Assembly: GCF_018350175.1 (NCBI RefSeq) | Contig: NC_058368.1 | Span: forward strand, 183,894,001-183,958,000 | DNA length: 64,000 bases | Reading direction: 5' to 3' | Source: Felis catus | Lineage: Eukaryota | In this document: positions 52,965 to 64,000 of the stretch, piece after piece | How positions within the stretch are numbered: the first letter of the stretch is position 1 | Layout of the letters: each line of letters begins with the position of its first letter | Notes under the pieces: generated by a model | Databases searched by the model: none | What the model was told of the DNA's origin: nothing | What the model saw: only the letters and a program-made list of their open reading frames with translations | Program-made: the position numbers and the translations under genes

Positions 52965-53839
52965 TCACAAGATCCCCCTTAGGATCTCTTGTAGGGCTGG
53001 TTTAGTGGTGACAAATTCCTTCAGTTTTTGTTTGTTTGGGAAGACCTTTATCTCTCCTTCTATTCTAAATGACAGACTTGCTGGATAAAGGATTCTCGGC
53101 TGCATATTTTTTCTGTTCATCACATGGAAGATCTCCTGCCATTCCTTTCTGGCCTGCCAAGTTTCAGTAGAGATCAGCCACGAGTCTTATATGTCTCCCT
53201 TTATATGTTACAGCACGTTTATCTCTAGCTGCTTTCAGAATTTTCTCTTTATCCTTGTATTTTGCCAGTTTAACTATGATATGTCGTACAGAAGATCAAT
53301 TCAAGTTACTTCTGAAAGCTCTGTGCCTCTTGGATTTCAATGCCTTTTTCCTTCTCCAGATCCGGGAAGTTCTCAGCTATGATTTCTTCAAGTACACCTT
53401 CAGCACCTTTCCCTCTCTCTTCCTCCTCTGGGATACCAATTATGCGTATATTATTTCTTTTTAGTGTATCACTTAGTTCTCTAATTTTCCCCCTCATACT
53501 CCTGAATTTTTTTATCTCTCTTTTTCTCAGCTTCCTCTTTTTCCATAATTTTATCTTCTAGTTCACCTATTCTCTCCTCTGCCTCCTCAATCCGAGCCGT
53601 GGTCATTTCCATTTTATTTTGCATCTCGTTTAAAGCGTTTTTCAGTTCCTTAGTCCCTTGATCTCTGTAGCAAGAGATTCTCTGCTGTCCTCTATACTGT
53701 TTTCAAGCCCAGCGATTAATTTTATGACTATTATTCTAAATTTATTTTCTGTTATATTATTTAAATCCTTTTTGATCAGTTCATTGGCTGTTGTTATTTC
53801 CTGGAGATTCTTTTGAGGGGGATTCTTCTGTTTGGTCAT
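52965..53839 (-). pseudogene. L1 ORF1p, frameshifted
   Basis: MTKQKNPPQKNLQEITTANELIKKDLNN...KGLRN, then a frameshift near 53645; later piece KRNNIRIIGIPEEEERGKGAEGVLEEIIAENFP; TGA at 52965-52967. Confidence 0.93.
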
Positions 53840-54679
53840 TTTGGATAGTCCCTGGAGTGGTGTGGAACTGCAGGGCACTTCCCCTGTGCTGTGGTGTATA
53901 ACTGGAGTTGGTGGGCGGGGCTGCAATCAGACCTGATGTCTGCCCCCAGCCTACCACTGGGGCCACAGTCAGACTGGTGTGTACCTTCTCTTCCCCTCTC
54001 CTAGGGGTAGGATTCACTGTGGGGTGGCGTGGCCCATCTGGGCTACTTGCACACTGCCACGCTTGTGGTGGTGGGGATCTGGCATATTAGCTGGGGTGGG
54101 TAGGCAAGGTGCACGGGGGCAGGAGGGGCAGGCTTAGCTCGCTTCTCCTTAGGTTATCCACTTCAGAAGGGGCCCCTCTTCCGTGGGCCTCTCATCTGCT
54201 CTTGGCTCCAGAGACTCCGTTCTGCTAATCCTCTGGCAGTTTTCTGGGTTATTTAGGCAGGTGTATGTGGAATCTAAGTGATCAGCAGGACGCGAGGTGA
54301 GCCCAGCGTCCTCCTATGCTGCCATCTTCCGACGAAACTCTTTTTTTTTTCTATAGCTTCATGATTTTAAACTTACTTTCAATTTCACAAATCTTGATTT
54401 ACATGATCCTAATTTATGATAATATTTGGATTCACAATACAAATATATGCAAACAATAAGTGAAAGCTAATTTATATAATTTTTAAAAATATGAAAAAAT
54501 GTTAGAAATTAAATGCCACACCTAGAAGCAATTAACAGAAATAATCTTATTTGGGAAAAAAGAAAAGATATGATGAACCCTGATATGTGTATCTGAGAGA
54601 TTTTTTTTTTTAATATGAGTAAAGATTTAAGACAAAAACAACAACAACCTTAGAAGTTGTATAACACAGAGCAAGAAAC

Positions 54680-54865
54680 TAGGCTCAGGTTTCAGATATA
54701 ATTTGGTTAGAATTCTGGCTCTTCCGTTTCCTGATTTCATGGGCTTTCACAAGCAACTTTTAAATATTCTGACATTCAAATATAAATATTTGCCCACCTC
54801 ATAGTATTTCATGAAATTCTGCATGTAAATAGGAAACATACTGTTTTGTATATAGGTGAGCTCTA
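54680..54865 (+). mobile_element. MIR (diverged)
   Basis: 'ttggttagaattctggctcttcc...cacctcatagtatttcatgaaatt...catgtaaa'. Confidence 0.55.
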
Positions 54866-55510
54866 ATTATAATAAATATTATAATTAGAGATCATAGATC
54901 TGAGAAATGCTTTGCACTTAACCATTTATGTTTATATTTAAAGTATATTACAAAATTTTAGTTCTTTCCCCTCCTCTTGGCCTCAAGACAATCTTCCATT
55001 ACAGAATTTCTTTTCCTTGGAGACTTGCTACAATTGAAATGCGATTTTTATTAATTTCCCCAGAAACTACCGTCAGTATATAAAAACTAACTTTAGTTGA
55101 TTGTTGACTGGCCACATTTCAAATGTGGTCCCAAATGGAAAGAATGTGCCTCTTGTTCTTTGAAGTTTACATTTTCATATGTATAATACACTTATCACAG
55201 AAAAGTTAAAACAGACCAAGAAATAGTTCTGGCACTGAGCCACCAGCATTTGAATATTCACATCCCATGAAAATAAGCACTGGTGAATTAACAATGGAGT
55301 AGAAAATTTCTGGGCATCTGCCCAGCCCAATTATAACTTTCAGGAGATTTTGTTCCTCCTACTCACCTCTACGCATTTGGACTATATAAGCTCACCTCCT
55401 AGGCCAAAACCAACTGAGTAGACACCTCATCCATGGTGGACTAACAAACTTTTTAAAAAGATATTCTTGAGTTGGGATGCTGGGATTCAAGACATTTGGT
55501 TGATGGGGTT

Positions 55511-55710
55511 AACCAAAAAAACCAAACCAAACCAAACCAAAACAAAACAAAACAAAACAAACAAAAAAAAAACAAAAAACAAAAATAAATCCTTCTCTGG
55601 ACAAACTTATGCGAGAAAAACAAAAATTAAAAACTAAAATAAAACAAACCAACAAAAGAAAAGAAGAGAAAACACTGTAGTGAGGGGGGATAGAAAACAA
55701 AAAACAAAAT
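55511..55710. repeat. A-rich low-complexity / (AAACC)n(AAAAC)n repeat
   Basis: Direct reading. Confidence 0.85.
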
Positions 55711-57164
55711 GGGCAAACCATAGATTTGAAGTTATGCAAAGATTACTAATAACTTTATGGTTCCTTGTTCCAGTCTAAGTCTAAACTATATTTATGGGGA
55801 GAAATCAATAAATCCAGTAAATCTGCATAAAATTAGAATTTATCTAAATGTAAACACTATATCTAACTTCATGAATACTTCTCTACTATCACTTCATTTG
55901 GAAATGTCCTCATGGATGAAAGTATTTTGTAAATTAAGACACTTTGAAGTCAGACTTGAGTCAGATTACTTTGACTTTTAATATTGGGCCTTAGATTTCT
56001 CTAACTTGAATGTGATACATTTAAGAAAATAGTAATATTTTTCCAACTCTTCTGGTTTATTTAGCACCTTTGTTGTTATATTATATAACTTGCAGTTATT
56101 AGAGGAGGCCATTTAAAAGGTGAGTGGCTCACCTACCTGAATCCTTAGACCTAAAAAACTTTTCTGTAAATAATGATAATATCTTGCAAATCCAAAAATA
56201 ATTTTCCTTTCCAACTATTTTCACACCTATTATCTGTTTTTACTTTGTATATTCTTGGGAGAGAGATGGGTCACAGGGGTGTTACCTCTATTTCATTATA
56301 GAGAAGACTGATATCCAGCAAGATTAAATGACATTTGAAGGTCCCATACCTAGTCATAAAAGAGCTGTATAATATTTCAGTCTTCCAAGTGAAAACTTCA
56401 CCAGTTCCACAGAATCAATGTATATTTAGTAGAACATATTTAGCCTGGCAAGCAACATTTTGTACAACCTTTGGATCTCTATCCAAAGTATTTCATGGAT
56501 CCATCCACTTTCCTCCATCTCTATTGTCACCTTGATTTATGCTCTCCACATTTCTAAGTACTCAAAGTTGGTCTTCCTTTTTCCATGCTTTTACTCTCTC
56601 AATATATTGTCCAAAATGAGTTTCTTTATATGTTACAATATGCCAAAGCCTAACTGACTTTTTCATGGTCACACAACTAGTTAAAGACAGAAACGGGAGA
56701 GAAACTATCTTTTCTATTAGATTCCTGAATGACAACATAACCTCCTTGAAGGTTGATATTACTGTGATAACTTATAGTCCCCAGAAAAATGTCTTAAGCA
56801 TAATAGGTGCATCATAAATACCTTGATTAAATATCATCTTGAGGTTTTGATTAAAACAAAGTCAAGCAAGATATAAGAGTAGCATCTTATTAGATCATCA
56901 ATACCCTGTCCCAGTGATACTGTGGCTGTTACGATATGTACAGGCTATGTGTTGAGTTACTCTCAGGACTGCAGTTTTAAACCTGTAGTCAGAGGGGCGG
57001 CTTCTTCATACACTTTCTATTTATATTGTTTCCCAGTATATTTAGGCAAACCTCTTCAAGCAGAGACATTGCAAATATATGGAAGTAAAAGCAGGCTTTT
57101 AGTTTTAACCTTAATTGATGCTCTAAGGCCAAAAAAAAACCCTTCAGCAATAAGGGTCCTCAGC

Positions 57165-57720
57165 TAGATAAACCGCTGTGTCACAGAAGGCCCCCAAACT
57201 GTATTCCTTCTGATCTTTCTCCATACCAGCCAGCTGCTGCCTGGCAGTTCAAGAAGACAGTGCTTAAAAGGACTTGCAAGTTTGACAAAAAAAGTTGGAG
57301 AAATTGATTGGTATTTAGAGTTTAGTGGTCTCCTATGGGTATTCCTGGGTTTCTGTGACTGATTTTGATGAAGTGCTTTTATTTGTCTCTCTACCCAGAG
57401 ACTGCAGATGAATTTGCAATAGAGCAGCATGCCTCCTGTTTAGCTTTGTCAGGCACCACTTAGACATGTTATAATTTATTTTCCAGGAAAAATATTTCTC
57501 ATGAGGGCTCCTGGCTAACACAGTTATAAAGCAGCTGGCTACCGTTCAGCCTGTTGTCTGCTGGCAGCTGGGCTTCCCTGTATAGTCTGAAAAGAAACAC
57601 AACTGGAGAGCAAAGCGATGGAAGATGGGGGGAGGGGCCAAACCTTCTCCTTACACAGGCCTCAGTCTCCTCTCCCCGGCTGTTTTTGGTGACTTAAAAC
57701 TTCCCAAACATCCTATTAAG
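57165..57720. promoter_or_regulatory. Candidate enhancer/promoter (E-box cluster, STAT-type site, AT-rich elements)
   Basis: Non-repeat, more GC-rich segment with CAGCTG at 57231, 57532 and 57565, CAGATG at 57405, CAACTG at 57600, TTCCAGGAA at 57481, GTTATAATT at 57468, TATAAA at 57525. Motif evidence only. Confidence 0.35.
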
Positions 57721-57743
57721 TCTGGTAGGAACACTGTTATTTC

Positions 57744-57744
<1 letters not shown>

Positions 57745-57786
<42 letters not shown>
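57745..57786. repeat. (TG)21 microsatellite
   Basis: Direct reading. Confidence 0.96.
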
Positions 57787-57787
<1 letters not shown>

Positions 57788-58195
57788 TTGTAGAGTGGAG
57801 TCACATCTTAAACAGGCATTGGCTTGTGTTAGTCATTGTGTCAACTCAAAATAGCCCTTGAAATTTCATTAAATAACCCAGCTACTTTTTTTTCTAACAC
57901 AGAACATTCTAAATTGAGCTTCTGATAATTACTTTGCTTATTTTAAAGGAACATATTTTAAAAACCCTTAACTCTGAATTCACACACTTTGTGAGGAAAT
58001 GTTTATATTATGACAGGTACAGAGGAATAGAGATGAATTGATATTAATGAGACTTATTATACCCTCACTCTGGGGCATGTGCTACCTGAGTGGAATAGCT
58101 AGCAAAATTGCCAAAAGATTTAACTTATTATTTCCCCTACTGTATATATCATATATCAAATATCAGACATTATCAATTACAATACAACATTTTCA

Positions 58196-58302
58196 AGAGG
58201 ATACATATCATGATGAGCACTGAGTAATAAATAACATGATTGTATCACTATATTGTACACCTGAAACTAACACAACAATTATTACACTGGAATTAAAATA
58301 AT
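58196..58302 (+). mobile_element. Very short 5'-truncated carnivore L1 (3' tip)
   Basis: 'gatgagcactgagtaat...tgtacacctgaaactaa...actggaattaaaataa'; TSD core acattttca at 58187-58195 and 58303-58311. Confidence 0.8.
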
Positions 58303-58358
58303 ACATTTTCATATAACACTGAGAAAAAAATACTGCTAAATAAATAATACCATCATAT

Positions 58359-58460
58359 GTTATTTATTTATTTCATTTATTGTCAGGTTAGCTAACATAC
58401 AGTATATTTTTGGCTTCAGGAGTAGATTTGTACGATTCATCACTTATATTCAACACCCAG
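58359..58460 (-). mobile_element. Very short 5'-truncated feliform L1 (3' tip)
   Basis: 'tttattgtcaggttagctaacatacag...ggcttcaggagtagat...caacacccag'; TSD aataScatcatat at 58346-58358 and 58461-58473. Confidence 0.8.
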
Positions 58461-58721
58461 AATAGCATCATATTTTTACCACTTTGAAACTGTTATTTTT
58501 AATTTAAGAATTGTTTTAAATTTATTTACACTTAGATATTTACCAGAGTGTTCCTGTACATAAGAAAAAAAGTAAAGAAAATAATTGTTTTAAGCAATTC
58601 TTAAAACTTACTTTGTACCCAAATATTCTGAATCATTCTTCAATTAAGAGTCATCAGTGCCTGAGTTTTCCCACAGAGTAGGATACTCTCTTGCCACCAA
58701 ATTCATCAATAATAAAATATT

Positions 58722-58926
58722 CATTTAAAAAAATTTTTTTAAGGAGAATTCATTTTTTGAGAGACAGAGAACAAGTGATAAAGGGGCAGAGAGTGAGACA
58801 CAGAATCTGAAGCAGGCTGCAGGCTCTGAGGTGTCAGCACAGAGCCCAGTGGCTCAAACCCACAAACTGTGAGATCATGACCCGAGCTGAGTCAGACACT
58901 TAACCAACTGAGCCACCAAGTGCCCC
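58722..58926 (-). mobile_element. Can-SINE
   Basis: TSD aataataaaatatt at 58708-58721 and 58927-58940. Confidence 0.95.
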
Positions 58927-59399
58927 AATAATAAAATATTTCTTAAGACAGCATCCTACTATTGCCTCCAGGATTTTTTTTTTCAAATTTGGTGACACTC
59001 ATTTTGCAAAATTTGATGTTTCTGTTTTCTTGCTTGTATTTGAAAATGGCAATGAAAAATTCTCAGACAACAACTAAATCTCATGTTCTTTCTTTATTTC
59101 ATCCTCAAATAGTTTGTTGACTAAAAACAAAAAAAATCAACATTTATGGGCTACAGTTCAGTAATGCCTCTAGGAATAAACCAAGTTCAGGAATGCATGA
59201 AAATTATATCCTGATATGCCATCAATTCTAAGTTGTATCTGGATTTTCAAGAGGTTTGAAGGTGAAAATATGCTTCCTAAATTTGAAAACAAAATATGGA
59301 AGATGAATAGGTTAAGTGTGTATGTGGCAATTCCAGCGTGAAATATGAATTTAGAGAGTTTCAAAAGGAAGTAGTCTATACTAGTTTTAGTTGATGACC

Positions 59400-59535
59400 G
59401 TCATCATCAGAATCAGCCATAGACCTAAAAATATGGACAATGTAACCATCTAGGAAGTGGGGCCAGGGCACCAGCATTTTTAACAAGTAGCCCAGGGATT
59501 CTGATGTAGTCAGATTAGGGGAGCCCTTTTGTGGA
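59400..59535. mobile_element. MER5-like hAT-Charlie MITE fragment
   Basis: 'tggggccagggcaccagcatttttaacaagtagcccagggattctgatg' is typical of MER5A/B. Confidence 0.65.
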
Positions 59536-59813
59536 AAGCCTGAAATTAAGTCACTGGCTGTGTCGTCCAGGCCATCACACATTTTACACAGGATGACTGG
59601 ATATCTGGGCTAGCCTGAGACAGACTTGGCTTAAGCCTCTTGTCCTACCTTGATGGCTAGTCACAATTCTTTCACTCTTAAAAGTATCCAGTTTGGGAGG
59701 CATTTTATAAAGTCACCCTAATTTTATAGGAATGGGTAACAAACGTATAATCACAACTAGAAGAAATCCATTCACACATCCTTGCCTGGAAATGTAAATC
59801 AGCTCTGTTTGCC

Positions 59814-60083
59814 TTTTAATTGAAGTATAGTTGACACACAATGTTGTATCAGTTTCACAGTGACTCAACAATTCTATACGCTATGCTATGCTCACCACAG
59901 GTGACCATCTGTCACCATACAATACTATTAAAATTCTATTGACTATATTCCCAATCTTATACCTTTCATCCCTAAGACTTATTCATTCCATCACTGGAAG
60001 TCCATACCTCCCAATCCCCTCTACCCATTTTGCCCATCCACCCGCCCCTCTCCCCTCTGGCTACCACCAGTTTGTTCTCTGTT
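59814..60083 (-). mobile_element. 5'-truncated carnivore L1 3'UTR fragment
   Basis: 'ttttaattgaagtatagttgacacacaatgtt...cccctctggctaccaccagtttgttctctg'. Confidence 0.88.
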
Positions 60084-61130
60084 CTTAAACAGGCTATTAA
60101 AAGCCCAGTGGAGAGTTCACTCACAGGCCACCCAATGAAAATCCACTGTGTAGAAGATTTGTCTTCAAGAAAAAAAAAAAAAAACCTTAAAGAAAAATGT
60201 GCTTTGCTTTTAGAAGTCTGTAAGACCCAAACAAACCCTTAATAAGGACAATCACTAAAAGTTCTAACTCTAAGATTACATTTGCTGAATGTGTGGTATT
60301 TTTGATGGTGTACCTTTCATGGTTCTTATATTTATTGTTCAGAGGCTAAAATCACACCGCCAGAAGCAGCAAGCTCTTTTCAGGTTGTGTCCATCATTAC
60401 ATTATGGACAATATGGGGAGCTTTTAGATGATATGCTAAGGTGTCACCTTTTACAGGGCATTCATAATGCACCCCTCCAGTTGACCTTCTTCCATGATTT
60501 CAGTTTAACATTAAAATGGCAACATTAAACCTTCATCTCAATGATACCATCAGTGCCATGGAAATGAAGAAACAATTTTTACTAAAAGTACTCTCCATAC
60601 AGAAAGTGAGTTCTTTCCAAGTGAATCAAAAGACCTAAAGAGATGTTAAGTTTTATAGTATTGGTGGGTCAGTGCAGAAGAACTATCCTGGAGAATTTCA
60701 TACTTTCTCCACCAGTGAATTGAGTGATGCAATACAGTTTGTGAACAAACTGTTATTTAATCCTACTACATTATTTAAACTATATTAGACAAGTATTTTG
60801 GAAATACATGAAAGAAACCTCTGTTTAGATGAGGTTAAGAATTGTTTTAACCATACAAATCATTTGGCAACCCAAATAATGTGCATTAGAGAAAAAATAA
60901 TAAAATATTTAAGGAATTCTCATTCTGTGTCTGCCACTTTTGGCTGATCTAGGAATAGTGGGTCAAAGTTGTGAGTAAATAGATTTTGAATCCATAAGAG
61001 AATGGAATTTCTAGCGGTTATAACCATCAGTTATTAGAATAATTATCTTGTGTGGAGGTAAATTCCCCATCTCCCAAGGAGTTTGATCTAGGACAAAATT
61101 ATTAAAAGTGTGATGTATATGTACATCAGG

Positions 61131-61493
61131 GGCTATGATCTGAATGTTGTGTCCCCCTAAATTCATATGCTGAAATCGTAACCCCAAAAATTATGGCATT
61201 AGGTGGCAGAGCCTTGGGGAGGTGTTTAGGTCAGCAGGGCAGAGCCTGCATGGATGGAATTCGCGTTTTTATACAAGAGACCCCACAGAACTCCCTAGTT
61301 CTTCCATCATGTGAGGATTCAGAGAAAAGATGCCAGCTATGAACCAGGAAGACAGCCTTTACCAGAGTGTGGCAATGCTGGTGCCTTTATTTTGGACTTC
61401 CCAGCTTCCAGAATTGTGAGATATAAATTTCTATTGTTTATAAATCACCCAGTCTGTGATATTTTGTCATAGAAGCCTAAACAGACTCATACA
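61131..61493 (+). mobile_element. ERVL-MaLR solo LTR (MLT1A/MLT1A0-like)
   Basis: Starts 'gctatgatctgaatgttgtgtccccctaaattcatatgctgaaatc', contains 'ttggacttcccagcttccagaattgtgagatataaatttctattg', ends 'acagactcataca'; ~360 bp. Confidence 0.92.
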
Positions 61494-61639
61494 CCAAGAT
61501 ATGTGCAAACATGTGCTGGTGAGCACAAAGGAAATATTAGAGAATATAATCCAAAACTGCAAAAAAAGACTTTAATGTTATCAAAGATATGGAATGACTC
61601 TGGTCCCTCCCTGGGTCCATAGGATAGGCCATTATGTGT

Positions 61640-63900
61640 AATTTCCTGTGAAATTGTCTGGAGGGAAGTATAAAGTTCTACAGGAGAATGTTTGAAATAA
61701 CCCCACTGTTTGCTCACTTTCAGCTTACTGAAACATGTACGGTTATGTGGATTTATGGATTATCCTCTAAAATTTAAACAAAACCCTGTAAACTGATGAT
61801 GTGGTTTAAAAAAGATTACTGCTCATAAACCATGAATTTAAGGTAATGCTAATAATGGAAACCCAAGTAGGCAATAAGAGCATGACCAAGCTAACAGTTT
61901 GTCTACTCTTCATTAGGTAGAAATTCTTCCTTAACCACAGTACTATGTTAAAAAAAAAAAAAAAAGAAAGAAAAAAGAAACCATCAGATCTCATGAGAAA
62001 CTGGTGAAAACTGTGAAATTATCTACTGGTAACTTGAAATATGGATGAAATCTGCTTTACATGTTTATGTTGCCTTGAGATATGAGCAACGATGTTAAAA
62101 TAAAGCCATCACAATTAGCAAGATACTTTTAAAGTAGCATTCAGAGCCTCGTTTGAAGTTTTTTCCTCATGAAAGACAAAAAATTTCCCCTTTGAGAAAA
62201 CAGTAATTATTCCTGACACAGTAAAAATGATTGAGACAATATGTGGCAAATGATTTGCTAACAAATTAAAATGTATTATTTTGTTTGCAAATAGTGTTGT
62301 CAGAGGCACTGAAAATATTGCTGAAATTATGAAGAAACACGTATTAGAACAAATTAAGTCATTTTTCTTATATGGTTGAAAAAATAAAACCATCTAACGT
62401 TTCTTAGCTTTCCTGAGCTATTCTTTTTGTTTTGTTTCGTTTTGTTGGAAATATGCATTTGCTAGATAGCATTTCACGCATAAAAATAATAACTAAAGGA
62501 GCTATTAAAGAAACAATGTATTCAAAAAAGCATGTCCTTAACAGTAGTTTGTTGAAGGGGGAAAAAAAAAGCTTTAAGTGGGAAAAAATTTTTTTGAACT
62601 ATAAGGACAAACACTAATGGAGCAGTTTATCAGGCAAGAATTGAGAGAGAAACAACAGGTGAGGAAGAGAGAGTCCAGAGTAAGGCTGAGAAGCGATCAC
62701 TACACTTGGAAGTTCGTTTAGTGAGTTTAATAACAACGTAATTGCTTCTTAAAGCAAATACCTTAAAACTAGAATTACAACTGTGCTACAGACAGTTCAA
62801 AAAGGATGGCAATGATAATTATAAAAATGTATTTTCAGTGACAGGGGGGCTGTTCTGTATCACGTGGGGTTCACAGTCATCTCACCACAAAAATAAATGA
62901 ATAAATAACAAAGAGAGTACAAAATTATTCACCTTTCTCTTTAAAAACAACTCTTAAAAGAAACAAATATTTGGGTTGCTTTAACAGGGGTGAAAAAAAA
63001 TCACAATTAAAAAAATAATAAAACGTATGCAAGGAAAAGGTATTTAGAAAATAGATGTTTAGAAGTGTTTTGATCATTTTGCAATTTTGTTACCAAATAA
63101 ACTCTCATACGTGCACATTAAAAATGGAAACAATTTTCTAATCTATGCTCAAGAAAAAGTTTCATTGTGTCTTGAATCCATTCCTTAAAATACACTAAAT
63201 TTTAAGCCTTTCCAATTTGTTTATGAAAAAACTGATCCATATAAGAGAAATTTTACAGATTAAAACTTCAATAAAAAATGTTACATAATTGGTAAATGTG
63301 ATTGAAAAAGTATGTATCACAATTTATTATTATAGTAAGCAAAACTAACCATGTACTCCTTTTTATATATACGTATTTTGGGGAGTTATTATCTTTCAGT
63401 CATTAAAGTCATTTATATCAAAAACAAAAATAAATTGAAAATAGGGGAGTGGGAGGCACAGGCTTTCAGTTATAAAGTGAATAAGTCACAGGGATGAGAG
63501 GTATAGTGTAGGGAATACAGTCAATGGTATTGTAATAGTGTTGTATGGTGACAGATGGTAGCTACAGTTATTGTGAGCATAGCATAACATATAGAGTTGT
63601 TGAATCACTGTCTTGTACACCTGAAACTTATTAGTACACCTGAACTAACTATACTTCAATAATTTTTAATAAAAAATAAAAATAAATAAATTGAACTCAA
63701 ATCAAGATATTTAATCCCTGTATCATGGAGACTATACCCGAGATTTTGAAAAGATTAAAATAATTCAATTATATATTCAGTATGAAAGTATTAATATTTT
63801 TAGTGAGATAAAATAGTGTTTTTGCCATTAATAAAAAAATGTTTAAATATATTTTAAGGTGTTTTTTTTGAAAAAAGTGGTTTTCATTTTTTTCTAATTC
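61640..63900 (+). mobile_element. hAT-Charlie (Buster-type) DNA transposon fossil with decayed transposase
   Basis: Plus frame ~62143-62358 reads RASFEVFSS*KTKNFPFEKTVIIPDTVKMIETICGK*FANKLKCIILFANSVVRGTENIAEIMKKHVLEQIK, like the Charlie/ZBED5 motif ASY.VS..IA....HTIGE.LI.P....LSN.TV.RRI; C-terminal NPF (~63173) and LLPF...IKTK.RNKL-like remnants (~63352-63439). Ends uncertain. Confidence 0.8.
63440..63683 (+). mobile_element. 5'-truncated carnivore L1 3' fragment nested in the Charlie fossil
   Basis: 'gggaggcacaggctttcagttat...aactatacttcaat'; TSD aaataaattgaa at 63428-63439 and 63684-63695. Confidence 0.92.
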
Positions 63901-64000
63901 TTAAATATACTTTAATTTTCGTTTATTATGTTACTTCCATAGTCTGTATAAGTGGCATGTTAATAAATATGACAGTAAATATATCAGAATATTAAGTGCA

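Larger units (their letters stand above)
48588..54350 (-). mobile_element. Young felid L1 (L1_Fc-like) retaining its 5' terminus, with a shortened 5'UTR; retrotransposition-defective
   Basis: Perfect 19-bp TSD ctatagcttcatgatttta at 48569-48587 and 54351-54369; A-rich tail (T-rich on plus) 48588-48637; ORF1 and ORF2 readable; 5' end GGAAGATGGCAGCATAGGAGGACGCTGGGCTCACC at 54330. Confidence 0.98.

Noticed and set aside
49930..53561. Plus-strand ORFs antisense to L1 (e.g. 50595-50990)
   Set aside because: Antisense shadows of L1 ORF1/ORF2, common to L1 copies.
48588..54350. Active, retrotransposition-competent L1
   Set aside because: ORF1 is frameshifted; ORF2 has frameshifts, premature stops and a SINE insertion; the 5'UTR is shortened.
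35476..54350. Two large L1s in inverted, tail-to-tail arrangement as a recombination substrate, or L1 strand bias revealing a host gene
   Set aside because: The two belong to clearly diverged subfamilies, and L1/SINE orientations across the window are mixed, so no host strand can be inferred.
1..64000. A novel multi-gene system (defence island, CRISPR array, operon)
   Set aside because: This is repeat-rich mammalian DNA; the only long ORFs are L1 ORF1/ORF2, and there is no repeat-spacer array or gene cluster.

Overview
AT-rich, CpG-poor mammalian genomic DNA from a felid (cat-family) carnivore, judged from feliform Can-SINEs and a cat-type LINE-1. I can support no host protein-coding exon, RNA gene, CRISPR array or prokaryote-style system; the window looks intronic or intergenic, and nearly all of the supplied ORF track is L1/SINE-derived or spurious. 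Contents: 18 tRNA-derived Can-SINEs, most with target-site duplications (TSDs); a young disabled L1 (48588-54350, minus) with a perfect 19-bp TSD; an older ~7.1 kb near-full-length carnivore L1 (35476-42584, plus); two 5'-inverted (twin-primed) L1s; several truncated L1s; ancient L1M, HAL1, L2 and MIR fragments; an MLT1A solo LTR; a Charlie/hAT transposase fossil; and a probable Tc1-like fossil. Best lead: the young L1 has a short 5'UTR whose internal junction fits precise removal of a GT-AG intron (a spliced integrated retrotransposed element, SpIRE-like), plus 20 extra 5' nucleotides that may tag its donor locus. Subfamily names and consensus comparisons come from memory and need checking with RepeatMasker/Dfam.
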